From Macrostomum lignano (lineage: Eukaryota), in contig NIVC01001077.1 of NCBI GenBank assembly GCA_002269645.1, forward strand, positions 124,001 to 188,000: 64,000 nucleotides of DNA, read 5' to 3'. Numbering within the stretch: the first letter of the stretch is position 1; each line of letters opens with the position of its first letter. Under the pieces are notes generated by a model that was not told the DNA's origin, did no database searches, and worked only from the letters and a program-made list of their open reading frames with translations. This document shows positions 39,530 through 50,844 of this stretch, piece by piece. The position numbers were made by a program, and so were the translations under genes.

Positions 39530-41450
39530 ATCTGTCCCACCGCTCTGCCCTCTTGTCTCCCCGCTCTGTTCTCTTGTCTCACCCTCTCTGCCCTCTTGTC
39601 TCCCCGCTCAGGTTTCTTGTCTCACCCTCTCTGCCCTCTTGTCTCACCCGCTCTGCCGTGTTGTCTCTCACCCGCTCTGCCCTGTTGTCTCATCCACTCT
39701 GCCCTCTTGTCTCCCCGCTCAGGTTTCTTGTCTCACCCTCTCTGCCCTCTTGTCTCACCCGCTCTGCCGTGTTGTCTCTCACCCGCTCTGCCCTGTTGTC
39801 TCATCCACTCTGCCCTCTTGTCTCCCCGCTCAGGTTTCTTGTCTCACCCTCTCTGCCCTCTTGTCTCACCCTCTCTGCCCTCTTGTCTCACCCGCTCTGC
39901 CGCGTTGTCTCTCACCCGCTCTGCCATGTTGTCTCATCCACTCTGCCCTCTTGTCTCCCCGCTCAGGTTTCTTGTCTCACCCTCTCTGCCCTCTTGTCTC
40001 ACCCGCTCTGCCGTGTTGTCTCTCACCCGCTCTGCCCTGTTGTCTCATCCACTCTGCCCTCTTGTCTCCCCGCTCAGGTTTCTTGTCTCACCCTCTCTGC
40101 CCTCTTGTCTCACCCGCTCTGCCGTGTTGTCTCACCCGCTCTGCCCTGTTGTCTCATCCACTCTGCCCTCTTGTCTCCCCGCTCAGGTTTCTTGTCTCAC
40201 CCTCTCTGCCCTCTTGTCTCACCCTCTCTGCCCTCTTGTCTCACCCACTCTGCCGCGTTGTCTCTCACCCGCTCTGCCATGTTGTCTCATCCACTCTGCC
40301 CTCTTGTCTCCCCGCTCAGGTTTCTTGTCTCACCCTCTCTGCCCTCTTGTCTCCCCGCTCAGGTTTCTTGTCTCACCCTCTCTGCCCTCTTGTCTCCCCG
40401 CTCAGGTTTCTTGTCTCACCCTCTCTGCCCTCTTGTCTCCCCGCTCAGGTTTCTTGTCTCACCCTCTCTGCCCTCTTGTCTCCCCGCTCAGGTTTCTTGT
40501 CTCACCCTCTCTGCCCTCTTGTCTCCCCGCTCAGGTTTCTTGTCTCACCCTCTCTGCCCTCTTGTCTCCCCGCTCAGGTTTCTTGTCTCACCCTCTCTGC
40601 CCTCTTGTCTCCCCGCTCAGGTTTCTTGTCTCACCCTCTCTGCCCTCTTGTCTCTCCGCTCAGGTTTCTTGTCTCACCCTCTCTGCCCTCTTGTCTCACC
40701 CACTCTGCCGCGTTGTCTCTCACCCGCTCTGACATGTTGTCTCATCCACTCTGCCCTCTTGTCTCCCCGCTCAGGTTTCTTGTCTCACCCTCTCTGCCCT
40801 CTTGTCTCACCCGCTCTGCCGTGTTGTCTCCCCGCTCTGCCATGTTGTCTCATCCACTCTGCCCTCTTGTCTCCCCGCTCTGCTTTCTTGTCTCACCCTC
40901 TCTGCCCTCTTGTCTCCCCGCTCAGGTTTCTTGTCTCACCCTCTCTGCCCTCTTGTCTCACCCACTCTGCCGCGTTGTCTCTCACCCGCTCTGCCCTGTT
41001 GTCTCATCCACTCTGCCCTCTTGTCTCCCCGCTCTGCTTTCTTGTCTCACTATCTCTGCCCTCTTGTCTCACCCGCTCTGCCGTGTTGTCTCTCACCCGC
41101 TCTGCCATGTTGTCTCATCCACTCTGCCCTGCCTGTTGTCTCCCCGCTCTGCCTGTTGTCTCACCCACTCTGCTCTCTTGTCTAACCTGCTCTGCTCTCT
41201 TGTCTCACCCGCTCTGCCCTCTTGTCTCACCCTATCTGCTTTCTTGTCTCACCCGCTCTGCCCTGTTGTCTCACCCACTCTGCTCTCTTGTCTAACCTGC
41301 TCTGCTCTCTTGTCTCACCCGCTCTGCCCTCTTGTCTCACCCTATCTGCTTTCTTGTCTCACCCACACTGTTCTCTTGTCTCACCCGCTCTGTTCTCTTG
41401 TCTCACCCACACTGTTCTCTTGTCTAACCTACTCAGCTCTCTGTCTCACC
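39530..41450. repeat. Pyrimidine-rich 21-bp-based complex minisatellite with higher-order blocks
   Basis: CTCTGCCCTCTTGTCTCACCC / CGCTCAGGTTTCTTGTCTCACC / CTGCCGTGTTGTCTCTCACC units in repeating orders. Confidence 0.95.
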
Positions 41451-41984
41451 CGCAATCCCGAACTTCTACTTCCTGAATTACATTCAGAGCTCCTGTTTCC
41501 TAAGCCATGCCATGCGAAGCTACAAAGAGATTCAAACATATGGATTAACAACAGAGGTCAATTCCTCTATGCCTCTCTTTCTCTGTGAAATATCTGATTT
41601 TCTGTCCTATAAGTACGTCATCTCAATAACTGTCTCATTTGATCCTCCTACATTGAGCTGACTGCCCGCCCACCCCTTCCGAGTGATAGAGATTAACTAG
41701 AGCTCAGCCTAGGTTTACACTGATACTCACGCGATGCTTAGCGGCTTAGCGGCACAAACGATAGCTCTGATGAATAAGGGCCATCATGAACCAACAGTCA
41801 GATTAGTACAAATGCATAACCCCGCCAATGTAGGCTCAAATTTAGCCAGAGTAGCAAACACTTATAGAGAGCCGGTTAGCGGATTGGTAATTTGTAATAT
41901 TTTTAATAATTCTAGTTGGGGGGCCTAATCCCCATGACTTGGGTGTCTCATTTATCAGTAGGGGTGCTTGATCATTCTAGGCGA

Positions 41985-42310
41985 CGCTTTAATCATTCTA
42001 TGGGACGCTTTAATCATTCTATGGGACGCTTTAATCATTCTATGAGACGCTTTAATCATTCTATGGGACGCTTTAATCATTCTATGAGACGCTTTAATCA
42101 TTCAATGGGACGCTTTAATCATTCTATGGGACGCTTTAATCATTCTATGGGACGCTTTAATCATTCTATGGGACGCTTTAATCATTCTATGGGACGCTTT
42201 AATCATTCTATGAGACGCTTTAATCATTCTATGGGTCGCTTTAATCATTCTATGAGACGCTTTAATCATTCTATGGGACGCTTTAATCATTCTATGGGAC
42301 GCTTGATCAT
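41985..42310. repeat. 21-bp minisatellite
   Basis: CTTTAATCATTCTATGGGACG, about 15 copies, decaying into GCGCTTAAT units. Confidence 0.93.
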
Positions 42311-42740
42311 TATATCGGGCGCTTAATCTATTTAAGTGGCGCTTAATCATTGTAGGTGACGCTTAATTTTTCTAAATGGCGCTTAATCTTTCTAAGTGGC
42401 GCTTAATCGTTCCACCTGGCACTTAATCTTCCCAGTGGCATTTATTCTTTTTTAAAAAGTCTTTTAATCTTCATCTTTCTGGAATCTTTGTAAGTATCGT
42501 TAACTCTTTGTAAGGGGCGCATGCTTGATTTTCTTCTACGAAGTTGTTAATTTCTCTTACAAGTGCCTAATATCGTACGGACGCGTCTTTTCCTGTATGT
42601 ATGCTTGTTCTAATGGATTGTATAGGTAAGGAGAAGTGTGTAATTTCGAGGCCCTATTCATCAACCCAACTAATAACGAGGATCTCAATAAATAATCTGA
42701 CGCAATTTCTTCGCAGTCAGAGCAGACACCGGTAGTTCTG

Positions 42741-43172
42741 ATGAAGCGGTATCCGGCCCCGACGCGCTGCCTACTGTGTCACCTGCTGGTTTGGTCGACA
42801 ATCGCATGCTGCACCGGGCAGCAACTCGTAGCTGCGCCAACCGACAGGAAGTCAGCAGATTCAGCCGACAGAGCGCCGACGCCGTCCGAGACTGACCTTG
42901 TCGGCGAAGGGATCGTCGTCGGTGGCAGCGGCGGCGAATTCGTCTTCGTGATCGTGTTCTTCTGCGTAGGCCTGGTGGGGTTCATAGTGCTGGTGGCCTA
43001 CTGCACCAGGTACGCTTCGTCCAAGGCGGACCGGCGGGCGGAGCGCTACCTGTCGGAGGTGCAGGAGCGCCGGCGGATTAGCCAGGAGAATGCCTACCGC
43101 CTCAATGCCGCGTTGGTTCAGCATGCGGTGCCGCAGGTGCCGGGAAGCGAGTGCTACCTGCCTGCTGGCTGA
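42741..43172 (+). CDS. Orphan small type-I membrane protein (signal peptide, short ectodomain, single TM, basic cytoplasmic tail), 143 aa
   Basis: ATG-initiated non-repetitive ORF with GC3-rich codons. Hydrophobic N-terminus LLCHLLVWSTIACCTG, TM FVFVIVFFCVGLVGFIVLVAYC followed by TRYASSKADRR (positive-inside). A splice acceptor TTTCTTCGCAG ends at 42716, just upstream. Confidence 0.7.
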   Translation: MKRYPAPTRCLLCHLLVWSTIACCTGQQLVAAPTDRKSADSADRAPTPSETDLVGEGIVVGGSGGEFVFVIVFFCVGLVGFIVLVAYCTRYASSKADRRAERYLSEVQERRRISQENAYRLNAALVQHAVPQVPGSECYLPAG

Positions 43173-43185
43173 GGTGACTTCAATG

Positions 43186-44051
43186 CAGGAGTCGGCAAAC
43201 TTTTTACCTCAGAGGGCCAGATGGAGATCTATTAATCTAGCGCATGAGGAAGGGAAAGAGAAGATGGAATAGAGGAGAAAATGGGAGAGGGGAGATAATA
43301 GAGGCACAAGAGAAGGTGGAACAGAGAAGGGAGCGGAGAGAAGGGAGAGGAGAGAAGGGACCGGAGAGAAGGGAGAGGAGAGAAGGGAGAGGAGAGAAGG
43401 GAGAGGAGAGAAGGGAGCGGAGAGAAGGGAGGGGAGAGAAGGGAGAGGAGAGAAGGGAGAGGAGAGAAGGGAGGGGAGAGAAGGGAGAGGAGAGAAGGGA
43501 GAGGAGAGAAGGGAGCGGAGAGAAGGGAGGGGAGAGAAGGGAGCGGAGAGAAGGGAGGGAGAGAAGGGAGAGGAGGGAGAGGAGAGAAGAGAGAAGGGAG
43601 CGGAGAGAAGGGAGCGGAGAGAGGGGAGAGGAGGGAGAGGAGAGTAGAGAGAGGGAGAAGGGAGCGGAAAGAGGGGAGAGGAGGGAGAGGAGAGGAGGGA
43701 GAGGAGAGAAGAGAGAGGAGAGAAGGGAGCCGAGCGGAGAGAAGGGAGCGGAAAGAGGGGAGAGGAGGGAGAGGAGAGAAGAGAGAGGGAGAAGGGAGCG
43801 GAAAGAGGGGAGAGGAGGGAGAGGAGAGGAGGGAGAGGAGAGAAGAGAGAGGAGAGAAGGGAGCCGAGCGGAGAGAAGGGAGCGGAAAGAGGGGAGAGGA
43901 GGGAGAGGAGAGAAGGGAGCGGAGAGAAGACAGGAGAGGAGGCCGAGGGAGCTAAGAAGAGACACAAACCTTAGGCGGACAAAAGATGCTATTGTGAAGT
44001 TGCAAAGGACCCGAGAAATTTGTTCCGTGGGCCGGAGTTTGGCGACCCCTG
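43186..44051. mobile_element. Second non-autonomous hAT (Charlie-like) element of the same family, with a purine-rich internal repeat
   Basis: TIRs CAGGAGTCGGCAAAC / GTTTGGCGACCCCTG (13/15). Degenerate 8-bp TSD CTTCAATG / CTTTAATA. Shares the subterminal GAGGGCCAGATG.AGAT with the 25634 element. Confidence 0.8.
43290..43950. repeat. Polypurine GA-rich repeat inside the second hAT element
   Basis: AGAAGGGAGAGGAG / AGAAGGGAGCGGAG units; almost no T. Confidence 0.93.
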
Positions 44052-44205
44052 CTTTAATACGATCGTAGCTGATCTACGAGCCATCCATGCATATTAGACT
44101 GGTCCTGCGGTTTTACACGAGGCTGGTTTTCGTTAAAAGATGCATTATTGAGGAAGTCTTCAGGTTCTTTACCGCCTTAATTCGCACAATAGCTCACCTA
44201 AATCC

Positions 44206-44542
44206 TTTTTTAGAGGCAGGGGGCTGTGTGCACCCTGGCGCACTTTAAGCGACATTGTCGCACAACCGGCGAGAGACATTACTGCCCGTTCCGCCGACTT
44301 CCCTGAGTAGGCACACACCTCATAGGAGTACGTGTACAACGGTCCTAACTTTATTTATGGTTGTACGGCATGTACACTTCACTGTGACTTGGGGGTTGGC
44401 CCTCAAGGTGTTAATTGCACGAGCAGAGCCAAGCCAAGATTCCAATTTTGACGCAATTAAACCAATGTGACTGCACTTGGAATCGAGCCTGGGCCGCTGG
44501 CACATCAGAGAGCCGCGCCAGACCACTGGGCTACGGTCCCCC
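44206..44542 (-). mobile_element. tRNA-derived SINE family 2, copy a
   Basis: Reverse-complement head GGGGGACCGTAGCCCAGTGG..GGCTCGATTCCAAGTGCAGTCACA and tail GTCGCTTAAAGTGCGCCAGGGTGCACACAGCCCCCTGCCTCTAAAAAA, homologous to the copies at 44626 and 58462. Confidence 0.85.
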
Positions 44543-44625
44543 TTTTGTCTATGGTAAACCTGGAGCATTTTGCCCAAGTAAACCAGTCTTCTGTGAAACC
44601 ACACGATCAGTAAGCGTTGCGCCCT

Positions 44626-44985
44626 AAGGGGGGCCGTAGCCCAGCGGTAGCGCAGCTGCTCTGGTGTGCCAGCGACCCAGGCTCGATTCCAAGTGCAGTC
44701 ACATTAATTTGGGGCTGAATTGGAATCTCAGCTTGGCTCTGCTCGTGCAATTAACGGCCTTGGGAGCCAACCCCCCAAGGCGCAGTGAAGTGTACATGCC
44801 TAACGATAATATAAAAGTTAGGGCCGCTGTACACTCCTGTGTGAGTGTGTGCCTGCGTACGTATCCGCGCGCTTGTATGCCTGCTCAGGGGAGTCAGCGG
44901 AATGGGCAGCAATGCCTCTCGCCGGTTGTGTGCCTATGTCGCTTAAAGTGCGCCAGGGTGCACACAACCCCCCTGCCTCTAAAAA
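44626..44985 (+). mobile_element. tRNA-derived SINE family 2, copy b, with 14-bp TSD
   Basis: Head GGGGGGCCGTAGCCCAGCGGTAGCG..GGCTCGATTCC (A/B boxes), 3' CCCTGCCTCT followed by an A-tail. Perfect TSD AAGCGTTGCGCCCT at 44612-44625 and 44986-44999. Confidence 0.9.
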
Positions 44986-45415
44986 AAGCGTTGCGCCCTT
45001 CTCGCTACTAACTTTCTCTGTCGATCCACTGCAGTCACCACCAGAAGTCAGAGTTAGTGATGCATTTTTTGAGACTGCAACCTCCTAATGTACCCGCACC
45101 TATGCACCTCATGTATCTCTTCTATTTTATATAAATCAATTAACTTAATGGCTAGGCCCAATGCAGCTTTGAATTTCAGTTAGCTAGCGATAAAATAAGT
45201 CTTGAATAAAAACAACTGCTTTCAAATCAGAGTTTGATGGATTTTTGAAATGGTCAGTCCAGTTCCGCTTCCTTGCTACAGTCAGATGCTTAGCCAGGAT
45301 TTTTTATTGGGGGCGCCGGCACCAAAAAGGACCATGGCGCCAAAGTAGTTGTCAGGGAATTGCTAAAGCGAGGAACAGAGGCGAAGAGGTGAACCTGTGA
45401 AGGGGGCGCGCATTC

Positions 45416-46070
45416 AGTGGACTAGGGGGGGGGGCGGATTGAGTGGACTACGGGGGCGGACGGATTGAGTGGACTACGGGGGCGGATGGATTGAGTGGAC
45501 TACGGAGGCGGATTGAGTGGACTACGGGGGCGGACGGATTGAGTGGACTACGGGGGCGGACGGATTGAGTGGACTACGGAGGCGGATTGAGTAGACTACG
45601 GGGGCGGACGGATTGAGTAGACTACGGGGGCGGACGGATTGAGTGGACTACGGGGGCGGACGGATTGAGTGGACTACGGGGGCGGACGGATTGAGTGGAC
45701 TACGGGGGCGGATTGAGTGGACTACGGGGGCGGATTGAGTGGACTACGGGGGCGGATTGACTGGACTACGGGGGCGGATTGACTGGACTACGGAGGCGGA
45801 TTGAGTGGACTACGGGGGCGGATTGAGTGGACTACGGGAGCGGATTGAGTGGACTAGGGGCAAGAGGCGGATTCAGTGGACTGGTGGCGGCCGCGGGGGC
45901 TCCACTGCACTAGGGAGGCGGATTCAGCGACTAGGGGGGGATTCAGTGACTTGGGGGGGATTCAGTGACTTGGGGGGATTCAGTGACTTGGGGGGGGATT
46001 CAGCGACTAGGGGGGGATTCAGTGACTTGGGGGGATTCAGTGACTTGGGGGGGATTCAGTGACTTGGGGG
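45416..46070. repeat. G-rich 22/26-bp then 20-bp minisatellites
   Basis: GGATTGAGTGGACTACGGGGGC(GGAC), then GGATTCAGTGACTTGGGGGG. Confidence 0.93.
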
Positions 46071-46934
46071 AGGGGGGGGGTGGGGTGGCGCCTTTTTTTG
46101 CCATCCTTTTGTGTGGCGCGATCACCTGCTTCTCTTTCTTTTTCCTGCTTCTCTGGTTACAGCACTCAGCAATCTTTCCAGAAGTTCATTTCTTGAAGGA
46201 TTATATTCTGTTCCAGATGTCTATGGCAAAGCCCCATTTAATGCATGTCATTCTATAAAAATGTAAACTGTAAAATACAGCTGATCATTCTACAACACTG
46301 ATATATCATCTGGTTTTCTAAAATATTCTATAATAAGTATTTGCGAAATACGCTTATCAATATATTGCAATAAATTATTTCAAAAAGTACATGCGTCATC
46401 ATGCGACACTTAAATAAACAAAGCTGGGATGCACTTTTAAAGACTTGCTTATAGCATCTCATTAGCATCACATTATGGATTAGTGCGGCTTATCGACTGA
46501 GTAACTCTCACCTACTAGGCTGTAACTATTACAGATATTTACAGCTCGAAAAGGCCTTACCGCAGCTGTTCACATTAATCCCCCATAGGAAATGTTCCCA
46601 TTTTCGCTGCCGCCAACATTCTCGGCCTCACACATTTTCCCCCAGAATCCCAATCTACCGCTCAATCAATCCGCTTTGTCTCTCAAATTAAATTTGCTCT
46701 CAGCGAATTCCCAGTCAAAATAAATAGCCTATATGGGAGTGGAGATGGGAGTCTGCAGGCAGGATTATAACTCTAGCTGTCAATAGTCTGACTAAGAGTT
46801 TGGGGAGCTGCGCCGATACTATGAAGAAACTCTATGATTCCATGTGAGCAACTCGATCGGACGAGGATTATGAGAGGCTCTATGAGAAATGATGAGAAAT
46901 ACGGTGAATGATTCTAAGAGGGATTTTAAAGAGG

Positions 46935-47805
46935 GACTATGTATCAGAAGCCGTGAGAGAGTTACTATGAGAAGCCATGAGAGAGACTATGAGAAGCCGT
47001 GAGAGACTGAGAGGCCATGAGAGACTATGAAAAGCCGTGAGACACTATGAGAAGCCGTGAGAGAGACTATGAGAAGTCATGAGAGAGACTATGAGAAGCC
47101 GTGAGAGAGACTATGAGAAGCCATGAGTGACTATGAGAAGCCGTGAGAGAGTGACTATCAGAAGCCGTGAGAGTGACTATGAGAAGCCGTGAGAGGGACT
47201 GTGAGAAGCCGTAAGAGTGACTGTGAGAAGCCATGAGTGACTATGAGAAGCCATTAGAGAGTGACTATGAGAAGCCGTGAGAGAGACTATGAGAAGTCAT
47301 GAGAGAGACTATGAGAAGCCGTGAGAGAGTTACTATGAGAAGCCATGAGTGACTATGAGAAGCCGTGAGAGAGTGACTATGAGAAGCCGTGAGAGAGTGA
47401 CTATGAGAAGCCGTGAGAGTGACTATGAGAAGCCGTGAGAGGGACTGTGAGAAGCCGTGAGAGTGACTGTGAGAAGCCATGAGTGACTATGAGAAGCCAT
47501 TAGAGAGTGACTATGAGAAGCCGTGAGAGAGACTATGAGAAGTCATGAGAGAGACTATGAGAAGCCGTGAAAGAGACTATGAGAAGCCATGAGTGACTAT
47601 GAGAAGCCGTGAGAGAGTGACTATGAGAAGCCGTGAGAGTGACTATGAGAAGCCGTGAGAGGGACTGTGAGAAGCCGTGAGAGTGACTGTGAGAAGCCAT
47701 GAGTGACTATGAGAAGCCATTAGAGAGTGACTATGAGAAGCCGTGAGAGAGTGACTATGAGAAGCCGTGAGAGTGACTATGAGAAGCCATGAGATAGCTT
47801 ATGAG
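46935..47805. repeat. 20-24-bp minisatellite
   Basis: GACTATGAGAAGCCGTGAGA(GA/GT) units with block duplication. Confidence 0.94.
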
Positions 47806-48359
47806 AAACTACAATAGATATAATAAAGCTGTAAGAGAACAAGAGACTAAAGGCACAGATAGCCTTTGTTTCAAGTTATAAAAGAATTTTTTAAAACTTG
47901 CGCAAGAACCTCAATACGAACTCGTCATTTCGTTGTCATTTAAGTCATTAAAACTAGAATAAACAAATTGAAAGTGTCACCGACTTTTATCATTATTAAT
48001 ATAAATAAAATAGTAACATAAAACTCTAACAGAGCAACTACTGAATTCTGCCGCATAAAAATACCAACTCAGTACAACTAGTGTGCAGGCACTGTAAGTA
48101 AAAGAAAAATATATCTTTTAAGCACAAACTACAGATTCTAGAATAACTGCGTGTAGACATGTCCTTCGCAATTAATGTCGTGAAAAAGCAAAGCACCTAC
48201 TCATTTTTCAGTAGTTTGTCTGCGCAGGTTCACTTGAATTTAACGTGGCAGTTGAAATTCCTTTCCTTTCTCGGGGTTTGCGGCCTCAGGAGCATATGGG
48301 GTTAATAATGAACAAGGATTTAACTTCGATGTACACAAGTGGACCTAAGATGGACCGGG

Positions 48360-48953
48360 GACGAAACTCAGCCTAGAAAGGGCAGGTCCAGTCTAGCTCA
48401 GCCAATGAGAGAGCGGTAAGGAGAGAGGTCAAAGTCAGACGGACGAAACTCAGCCTAGGGAGCAGGCCCAATCTAGCTCAGCCAATGAGAGAGCGGTAAG
48501 GAGAGAGGTCAAAGTCAGACGGACGAAACTCAGCCTAGGGAGCAGGCCCAATCTAGCTCAGCCAATGAGAGAGCGGTAAGGAGAGAGGTCAAAGTCAGAC
48601 GGACGAAACTCAGCCTAGGGAGCAGGCCCAATCTAGCTCAGCCAATGAGAGAGCGGTAAGGAGAGAGGTCAAAGTCAGACGGACGAAACTCAGCCTAGAA
48701 GGGGCAGGCCCAGTCTAGCTCAGCCAATGAGAGAGCGGTAAGGAGAGAGGTCAAAGTCAGACGGACGAAACTCAGCCTAGGGAGCAGGCCCAATCTAGCT
48801 CAGCCAATGAGAGAGCGGTAAGGAGAGAGGTCAAAGTCAGACGGACGAAACTCAGCCTAGAAGGGGCAGGCCCAGTCTAGCTCAGCCAATGAGAGAGCGG
48901 TAAGGAGAGAGGTCAAAGTCAGACGGACGAAACTCAGCCTAGGGAGCAGGCCC
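48360..48953. repeat. 80/82-bp tandem repeat, about 7.4 copies, each with a CCAAT box
   Basis: GACGAAACTCAGCCTAGGGAGCAGGCCCAATCTAGCTCAGCCAATGAGAGAGCGGTAAGGAGAGAGGTCAAAGTCAGACG. Confidence 0.96.
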
Positions 48954-49691
48954 CTGTTTTATCTCGCTCGCTATGGACACGCACTGGATTTGGGTGCAGC
49001 TTCAAAAACTTTTTTTAAATTTAAAAAACTTTAAATTGTAAAATTTAACAAACTTTCGTATTTTACTATTAGAAAGGCAAAACGCTAATTTTGCTACTGA
49101 AGAGTAGATGAGCGCGTATTTTCAGCGAGGGACATAGCTAGTTATTCTAGTATCTCTAAGATAAAACAAACAAGACAACTAGTAGACAAACAATTTTTAA
49201 CAAGCAGGCGGTTACTGAGAATGCATTCAAAATTTACCAGGTGTAAAAATTATAACAATAAATTCAATTGAAATAAAATAATAACAAGAAAAATCCAAGG
49301 CAATGTCTATGGAAAGGAACTGAAATGAAGCGAGTAACCCAGGCACAGTTTGCTACTTACAGTAATATAAAAGGCACTCAGTATAGTAGACAAAATAATG
49401 AAAAAATAGTTAGCAGCCAACGTTAAACCTGATCTTTTAAAACAATATTACGAGACGTAGAACAGTCATAAACTCGGGTTCAGGTGTCGTATTTAAAGTA
49501 CTGAATATTTATTAAACACGAAACTACGAAAGTAGTGGAATAGTAATGGCAAGCTATACAGAGGAAAAAGTACTCTTTTAAAACTGCTAATATAATAAAC
49601 TTACAAAAATATGATTGAGCAAAACGGTTATTACATCTTTTTAAATCAACTAGGAAATCTTCAAACTATAAATTCACACTTAGAATTATTG

Positions 49692-50670
49692 ATCCCAAAT
49701 CTAAGTCACAGATCCCAAATCTCAGTCAGAGATCCCAAATTTTAGTCACAGATCCCAATCTTAGTCACAGATCCCAAATCTCAGTCAGAGATCCCAAATC
49801 TTAGTCACAGATCCCAAATCTCAGTCAGAGATCCCAAATCTTAGTCACAGATCCCAATCTTAGTCACAGATCCCAAATCTCAGTCACAGATCCCAAATCT
49901 CAGTCAGAGATCCCAAATCTTAGTCACAGATCCCAAATCTCAGTCAGAGATCCCAAATCTTAGTCACAGATCCCAATCTTAGTCACAGATCCCAATCTTA
50001 GTCACAGATCCCAAATCTCAGTCAGAGATCCCAAATCTTAGTCACAGATCCCAAATCTCAGTCAGAGATCCCAAATCTTAGTCACAGATCCCAAATCTCA
50101 GTCAGAGATCCCAAATCTTAGTCACAGATCCCAAATCTCAGTCAGAGATCCCAAATCTTAGTCACAGATCCCAATCTTAGTCACAGATCCCAAATCTCAG
50201 TCAGAGATCCCAAATCTTAGTCACAGATCCCAAATCTCAGTCAGAGATCCCAAATCTTAGTCACAGATCCGAATCTTAGTCACAGATCCGAATCTTAGTC
50301 ACAGATCCGAATCTTAGTCACAGATTCCAATCTTAGTCACAGATCCCAATCTTAGTCACAGATCCCAATCTTAGTCACAGATCCCAATCTTAGTCACAGA
50401 TCCCAATCTTAGTCACAGATCCCAATCTTAGTCACAGATCTCAATCTTAGTCACAGATTCCAATCTTAGTCAGAGATCCCAAATCTCAGTCAGAGATCCC
50501 AAATCTTAGTCACAGATCCCAATCTTAGTTACAGATCCCAATCTTAGTCACAGATCCCAATTTTAGTCACAGATCCCAATCTTAGTCACAGATCCCAATC
50601 TTAGTCACAGATTCCAATCTTAGTCATAGATCCCAATCTTAGTCATAGATCCCAATCTTAGTCAGATCTC
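49692..50670. repeat. 19/20-bp minisatellite downstream of the MAP4K stop
   Basis: ATCCCA(A)ATCT(T/C)AGTCA(C/G)AG, about 50 copies. Confidence 0.96.
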
Positions 50671-50844
50671 AAAGTTCCGTCATCACAGGTCCTAAATTTG
50701 TCAGACTCGAAATCCCTACGTCAGTTGATGATCCCAAATCCTCATGCGAAGTTATCGATCCCAAATCCCTAGTCCTTAAGAATTACCAGATGATCCCTAT
50801 AACAGATTCGTAGAATTCGAAGAAATAGCCAAGAAAGCAGGCAG

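Noticed and set aside
39381-41588. 735-aa, 593-aa and 403-aa ORFs in the pyrimidine-rich array (likewise ORFs at 10679, 13008, 16555, 43244, 51138, 54208, 60510)
   Set aside because: Artefacts of tandem repeats lacking stop codons; several overlap introns of genes on the same or the opposite strand.
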